64,000 nt of DNA from assembly GCA_035266285.1 (NCBI GenBank), contig DATFNR010000059.1, forward strand, positions 5,136-69,135. Reading direction: 5' to 3'. Each line of letters starts with the position of its first letter. Within the stretch, counting starts at the first letter, position 1. Below are positions 60,232 to 64,000 of the stretch, piece by piece. The stretch comes from Candidatus Sulfotelmatobacter sp. Its GTDB lineage: Bacteria; Acidobacteriota; Terriglobia; Terriglobales; Acidobacteriaceae. A program made the position numbers and the translations under genes. The notes beneath the pieces are model-generated. The model was not told the origin of the DNA. It did no database searches and saw nothing but the letters and a program-made list of their open reading frames with translations.

Positions 60232-62079
60232 CTATTCGGTCAGCAGCGTGCGCGCTTCCCACAACTCCGGGAAAAACTTCTTGTCCAACGTAAGTTTCAG
60301 ATACGACGAGCCCGCGCTGCCGCCGGTGCCCATGCGGGCGCCAATGGTGCGCTCGACGAGCTGAATGTGGCGCAGCCGCCAGCTGACCACCAGTTCGTCG
60401 AATTCAGTGAGACGCTCGCAAACGTCGATCCAGTCGCGATGGCTGTGCTCGTCGCGGTACAACGAGAGGACGGCACGCGCACGCGCGTCGAAGCGCTCGC
60501 GCTCAGTGGCGTGAGCGGCAGGCTGCGCCAGCACGCCCATGCCCCGAAGCGCGTCGAAAAATACGTCCCGCAGCGAGGGTTCGCGCAGACGGCGCGCCAG
60601 CAGGGCGTGGCCTTCGGGCGTCGGCCGATGATACTGCAGCATCTTTTCGTCTTTCAGACCACACAGGAATTCCAGTTCGCGGAACTGTTCGGACTGAAAT
60701 CCGCTGGCTGGCTCCAGTTTGCCCCGGAACGCGAGGAAATGCGTCGGCAGCATCGTCTCGAGGATAGTGAACTGCTCGACCAACACACGCGTGATCTCGG
60801 TGCAGCGCCGCAAAAGGCGAGCCGCTTCGTAGACCTCGTCGTGCGATTTTGGGTCGGCGCCGGCTGCGCGCAGGTTGGCGACGACGGCGTCCAGATCGTG
60901 CAGCAATTCTTTGAACCACAATTCGTAGGTTTGATGCACGATGATGAACAGCAACTCATCGTGATGCTGCGGTGCTGACTGCGGCTGCTGGAGTTCGAGC
61001 AGTTCGGGAACTTTCAGATACGAACTGTAGGTGAGCTGATCGCCGCGGGCCACGGCCGGAGTTGGCGCAGTGGCGGCAGGCATGTCGTGTTGCATTCCCA
61101 GAAACTCTTTCGCATTCTCACCCAGCAATCGAGCCTTGGTCTCCGCCGTTAACTGACTCGATCGAATCAGCGAACCTACACGCTCTTCGCCGAGCGGGAA
61201 GGGATAGTCTGAACCCAGCATCACCCGGTGCGCGCCCATAGTCGCGACCAGGAACTGCAGCGCCCGCTGATCGAACACAGCCGAGTCGACGTAGAAGCGA
61301 TCCAGATAGCGGCTGGGCGGCTGCTGGCAAACCCCATGGGCCACGGGATGATGGTGCCATGCGTTCTCCAGCCTTCCCAGCAGAAACGCGAAACTGCCGC
61401 CGCCGTGGGCGAAGCAGATCCGCAGCGTGGGCGGGAGTTTGTCGAACGCTCCGCCCAGGATCATTGCGACAATGCCGAGCTGGGTTTCGGCGGGCATGCC
61501 GACCGTCCACGGCATCATGTATTTCGGCATGCGAGGCTGGCCGAGCATGTCCCAGGGATGGACGAGCACGGCGGCGCCTTCGTCGGCGCAGTGGTGAAGG
61601 AATGTGACGATGCCGGGATCGTCGAGGTTCTTGTCCCCGACATGATTTCCAATCTCCACGCCGAGGTGGCCGGCGCGCAGGCAGCGGGTTAGTTCCTTGC
61701 AGGCTGCGTCAATATCCTGCAGCGGGACCTGGCACAGCGACTTGAGACGCCCTTTGCCCTGCGCGCAGAGTTCCAGCGCGGCGTCGTTGAACAGGCGCGC
61801 ACAATCGAGGGCGTGCTCGGCCGGGCGCTCGTAGGCGAACAGCACGGGCGTTGCCGAGATCACCTGGATGCCGACCCCGTCGCGATCCATCTCGCTCAGG
61901 CGCACGTCCGGATCCCAGCATGCGGAATAGATTTTGCGGAAGAAGCGGTCGCCGAGCATGATCTCGGTTTTGCCCGGCTCGGTGTGCTTGATCGAGGGCC
62001 AGTCGGGAGTGCCAAAGCGCGCGGCCAGATCGGGCCAGGCGCGGGGAAAGAAATGATTGTGGATGTCGATAACTTCCAT
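60232..62079 (-). CDS. Fusion protein: ACMSD (2-amino-3-carboxymuconate-6-semialdehyde decarboxylase) N-domain plus tryptophan 2,3-dioxygenase C-domain
   Basis: Residues 1 to about 335 contain IDIHNHFFPRAWPDL, CWDP..R..EMD, VHPWDM, MPWTVGMPAETQ, CFAHGGGSF and GSDYPFPLGE, collinear with human ACMSD as I recall it. From about residue 350 onward, LTYSSYLKVPELLELQ, HDELLFIIVHQTYELWFK, SGFQS.QFRELE and SWR.RH are TDO hallmarks. The ORF is single and uninterrupted. Confidence 0.85.
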   Translation of the reverse strand: MEVIDIHNHFFPRAWPDLAARFGTPDWPSIKHTEPGKTEIMLGDRFFRKIYSACWDPDVRLSEMDRDGVGIQVISATPVLFAYERPAEHALDCARLFNDAALELCAQGKGRLKSLCQVPLQDIDAACKELTRCLRAGHLGVEIGNHVGDKNLDDPGIVTFLHHCADEGAAVLVHPWDMLGQPRMPKYMMPWTVGMPAETQLGIVAMILGGAFDKLPPTLRICFAHGGGSFAFLLGRLENAWHHHPVAHGVCQQPPSRYLDRFYVDSAVFDQRALQFLVATMGAHRVMLGSDYPFPLGEERVGSLIRSSQLTAETKARLLGENAKEFLGMQHDMPAATAPTPAVARGDQLTYSSYLKVPELLELQQPQSAPQHHDELLFIIVHQTYELWFKELLHDLDAVVANLRAAGADPKSHDEVYEAARLLRRCTEITRVLVEQFTILETMLPTHFLAFRGKLEPASGFQSEQFRELEFLCGLKDEKMLQYHRPTPEGHALLARRLREPSLRDVFFDALRGMGVLAQPAAHATERERFDARARAVLSLYRDEHSHRDWIDVCERLTEFDELVVSWRLRHIQLVERTIGARMGTGGSAGSSYLKLTLDKKFFPELWEARTLLTE

Positions 62080-62088
62080 TTTCGGTCG

Positions 62089-62628
62089 CTACCGGCTCTC
62101 CTGTTTGCCGGGATGCATCGTGCCGCAATGCTTGCACTTGCGGAGACTCTCGTCGCCGTAAAACTTTTCAAACAGAGGCGGCAAATCGCGCACGATACTC
62201 TTCAGCTTCACTTCAGCGCGATACACGAGCTGGTGGCAGTTCGGGCAATACCATTCGAAACCGTCGAGAGCGCCCTCGGGACGCGGCATTTCAACGACCA
62301 CGCCCAGGGTCTCAGCCTGGCGCTGCGGCGAGTGGCGCATGTGCTTGGGCAGGAGAAAGATCTCGCCCTCTCTGATGGGAATTTCACGCGGGGCCTTGCC
62401 CGGAGTCTCCATGATGCGCAGAAGAATGTTCCCCTTGAGTTGATAGAAGAACTCCTCGGTCGGATCGTCGTGGTAGTCGCGGCGCGCATTCGGCCCGCCC
62501 ACGACCGTGACCATCATCTCGCCGTCTTCCCACACCTGCGCGTTGCCCACCGGCGGCTTGAATTTTTCCCTGTTGGCTTCGATCCAGCTCTGAAAGTTGA
62601 AAGCTTTCAGATCACGTATGGACGGCAT
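62089..62628 (-). CDS. nbaC: 3-hydroxyanthranilate 3,4-dioxygenase
   Basis: 179 aa with a cupin core (RRDYHDDPTEEFFYQLKG, GEIFLLPKHMRHSPQR) and a C-terminal rubredoxin-like CPNC...CKHCG. Confidence 0.9.
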   Translation of the reverse strand: MPSIRDLKAFNFQSWIEANREKFKPPVGNAQVWEDGEMMVTVVGGPNARRDYHDDPTEEFFYQLKGNILLRIMETPGKAPREIPIREGEIFLLPKHMRHSPQRQAETLGVVVEMPRPEGALDGFEWYCPNCHQLVYRAEVKLKSIVRDLPPLFEKFYGDESLRKCKHCGTMHPGKQESR

Positions 62629-62636
62629 TGCCCCTC

Positions 62637-63068
62637 CTATCTCTCCGGCTTGTAGGCCATGGCCCGGATTTCGATCAGCAAATGCGGGTGCGGCAACTGA
62701 TGCACGGCGACCGTGGTGCGAGCTGGACCATCGAAGCCGTAGTACTCGCCGTAGACTTCGTTGTACCCAGCGAAATCGTTCATGTTCACCAGATAAGTTG
62801 TCACTTCGACGACATCGGCGAGCCGCGCTCCGGCGCTCTGCAGGATGTCGCGCACGTTCTCGAGTACGGCTTTGGTCTGTGCACGAATATCAAGATGGAC
62901 GGTACCAAATTCATCGGCCTCTGCGCCCTCAATCGTATTGTCGGCGCGGCGTGAACTTGTGCCGGAAACGATGAGAAAGTCGCCGGCGCGCTTGAGGTGA
63001 GGATACTTGCCGCGGGGCTTCGCTTTCCCGGCAACGACCGTGCTTTCGACTTTCCCCATCTTGCCCAC
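62637..63068 (-). CDS. RidA/YjgF-family protein, probable 2-aminomuconate deaminase
   Basis: 143 aa with a RidA-family fold signature (...[17 protein letters not shown]..., ...ARTTVAV.QLP....IEI). The deaminase role is inferred from its position between HAAO and the semialdehyde dehydrogenase. Confidence 0.7.
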   Translation of the reverse strand: MGKMGKVESTVVAGKAKPRGKYPHLKRAGDFLIVSGTSSRRADNTIEGAEADEFGTVHLDIRAQTKAVLENVRDILQSAGARLADVVEVTTYLVNMNDFAGYNEVYGEYYGFDGPARTTVAVHQLPHPHLLIEIRAMAYKPER

Positions 63069-63079
63069 GCAATCTCACG

Positions 63080-64000
63080 CTACAAGCGAATGCAGATGTT
63101 GTTCAGCTCGGAATAGAAATTCAGCGAGTGCATGCCACCCTCGCGTCCGATGCCGGAAAGGCCGACACCTCCGAAAGGCGTGCGCAAATCGCGCAGGAAC
63201 CAGCAATTCACCCACGTGATGCCAACATTCATTTGTTGCGCAACGCGGTGGCCGCGTTGCAGATTCGTGGTCCAGATCGACGCGGCGAGACCATATTTTG
63301 TGTCGTTCGCCATGGTAACTGCCTCTTCTTCCGTGTCGAAGGGCGCGACGTGGCACACGGGCCCAAAGATTTCCTCTTTCACGCAGCGCGACGATTCCGC
63401 CAGCCCAGTATAGATCGTCGGCTGGACGTAGAAACCGCTGTCGAGAGCATTGCCGAACTGCGGGATGCTGCCGCCCGTAACCACGGTTGCGCCGTCTTGC
63501 CGCGCCAGATGATAGTACGAGAGCACCTTGTCACGCTGCTGCGCCGAAATCAGCGGTCCCAGGTCGGTCGTGTGGTCGAGAGGAGATCCGATGCGCAGGC
63601 TCTCAGCTTTCCGTTTCAGCGCCGCGACAAAGCGCTCAAAGATCGTGCGCTCGACGTAGACCCGCTCGGCACACAGGCAGACCTGACCGGTGTTGAGGAA
63701 AACCGCCTCGGCAACGCCACTCACCGTATCTTCAAAGTCGCAGTCGGCAAAGACGATGGCCGCGTTCTTTCCGCCAAGTTCGAAGGAGACCGGCTTCACC
63801 GAGGCCGCAGCTGTTTTCATGATTGCGACGCCGGTCTGCGATTCGCCGGTGAAGGTCACGGCATTGACATCGGGATGCTGAGTTAGAAATTCGCCAGCCG
63901 AGTTGGGGCCGAAACCATGCACCACGTTGTAGACTCCGTCGGGAATGCCGGCCTCTTTCATCACCTCGGCGAGCAAAGTCGCGGTGGCCGGAGTTTCCTC
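63080..64000 (-). CDS. Aldehyde dehydrogenase, probable 2-aminomuconate-6-semialdehyde dehydrogenase (N-terminus outside the window)
   Basis: The frame stays open to the window edge (…EETPATATLLAEVMKEAGIPDGVYNVVHG…). It carries ELGGKN, NTGQVCLCAER and EEIFGPV. The substrate is assigned from operon context. Confidence 0.8.
   Translation of the reverse strand, partial: EETPATATLLAEVMKEAGIPDGVYNVVHGFGPNSAGEFLTQHPDVNAVTFTGESQTGVAIMKTAAASVKPVSFELGGKNAAIVFADCDFEDTVSGVAEAVFLNTGQVCLCAERVYVERTIFERFVAALKRKAESLRIGSPLDHTTDLGPLISAQQRDKVLSYYHLARQDGATVVTGGSIPQFGNALDSGFYVQPTIYTGLAESSRCVKEEIFGPVCHVAPFDTEEEAVTMANDTKYGLAASIWTTNLQRGHRVAQQMNVGITWVNCWFLRDLRTPFGGVGLSGIGREGGMHSLNFYSELNNICIRL

Overview
This is a GC-rich chromosomal window. 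The gene content and the abundant intergenic hairpin repeats resemble Acidobacteriota (Terriglobia-like), but that placement is an inference, not a search result. All calls come from reading the supplied ORF translations and the nucleotide sequence; no database search was run. I support about 50 CDS and found no rRNA, tRNA or CRISPR array.

Layout:
- 1-29.4 kb: a housekeeping block, mostly on the minus strand. It holds dcd, an IHF/HU protein, an M50 protease, a discoidin-domain glycosidase, priA, a family-4 UDG, coaBC, rpoZ, gmk, yicC, an MsbA-like ABC exporter, rapZ, mbfA, hpf, rpoN, lptB, a giant LptC/LptA-like protein, a DUF4139-like protein and recJ.
- 29.5-34.7 kb: a TPR protein with a translationally coupled acidic protein, then a TonB-dependent-receptor-like protein.
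- 34.9-55.5 kb: a nucleoside/pyrimidine catabolism supercluster. It holds rbsK, beta-ureidopropionase, an NCS1 permease, an LLM oxidoreductase, dihydropyrimidinase, a GRP sugar porter, an exported nucleoside hydrolase, nupC, thymidine phosphorylase, cdd, deoC, three ALDH modules and pyrR. An intact IS1595-family element carrying a passenger gene interrupts it.
- 55.6-64.0 kb: a GGDEF protein and a kynurenine pathway operon (kynU, KMO, ACMSD-TDO fusion, HAAO, RidA deaminase, aminomuconate-semialdehyde dehydrogenase).

Most interesting observations:
- A reductive pyrimidine cluster has no dihydropyrimidine dehydrogenase in the window, and a Mer-like LLM oxidoreductase sits in that position.
- One ORF fuses ACMSD to tryptophan 2,3-dioxygenase.
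- Intergenic hairpin (REP-like) repeat families also occur in-frame inside recJ and inside the linker of a two-module ALDH.
- The IS1595 insertion looks recent, with perfect 26-bp inverted repeats, an 8-bp target duplication and an unknown AT-richer passenger gene.
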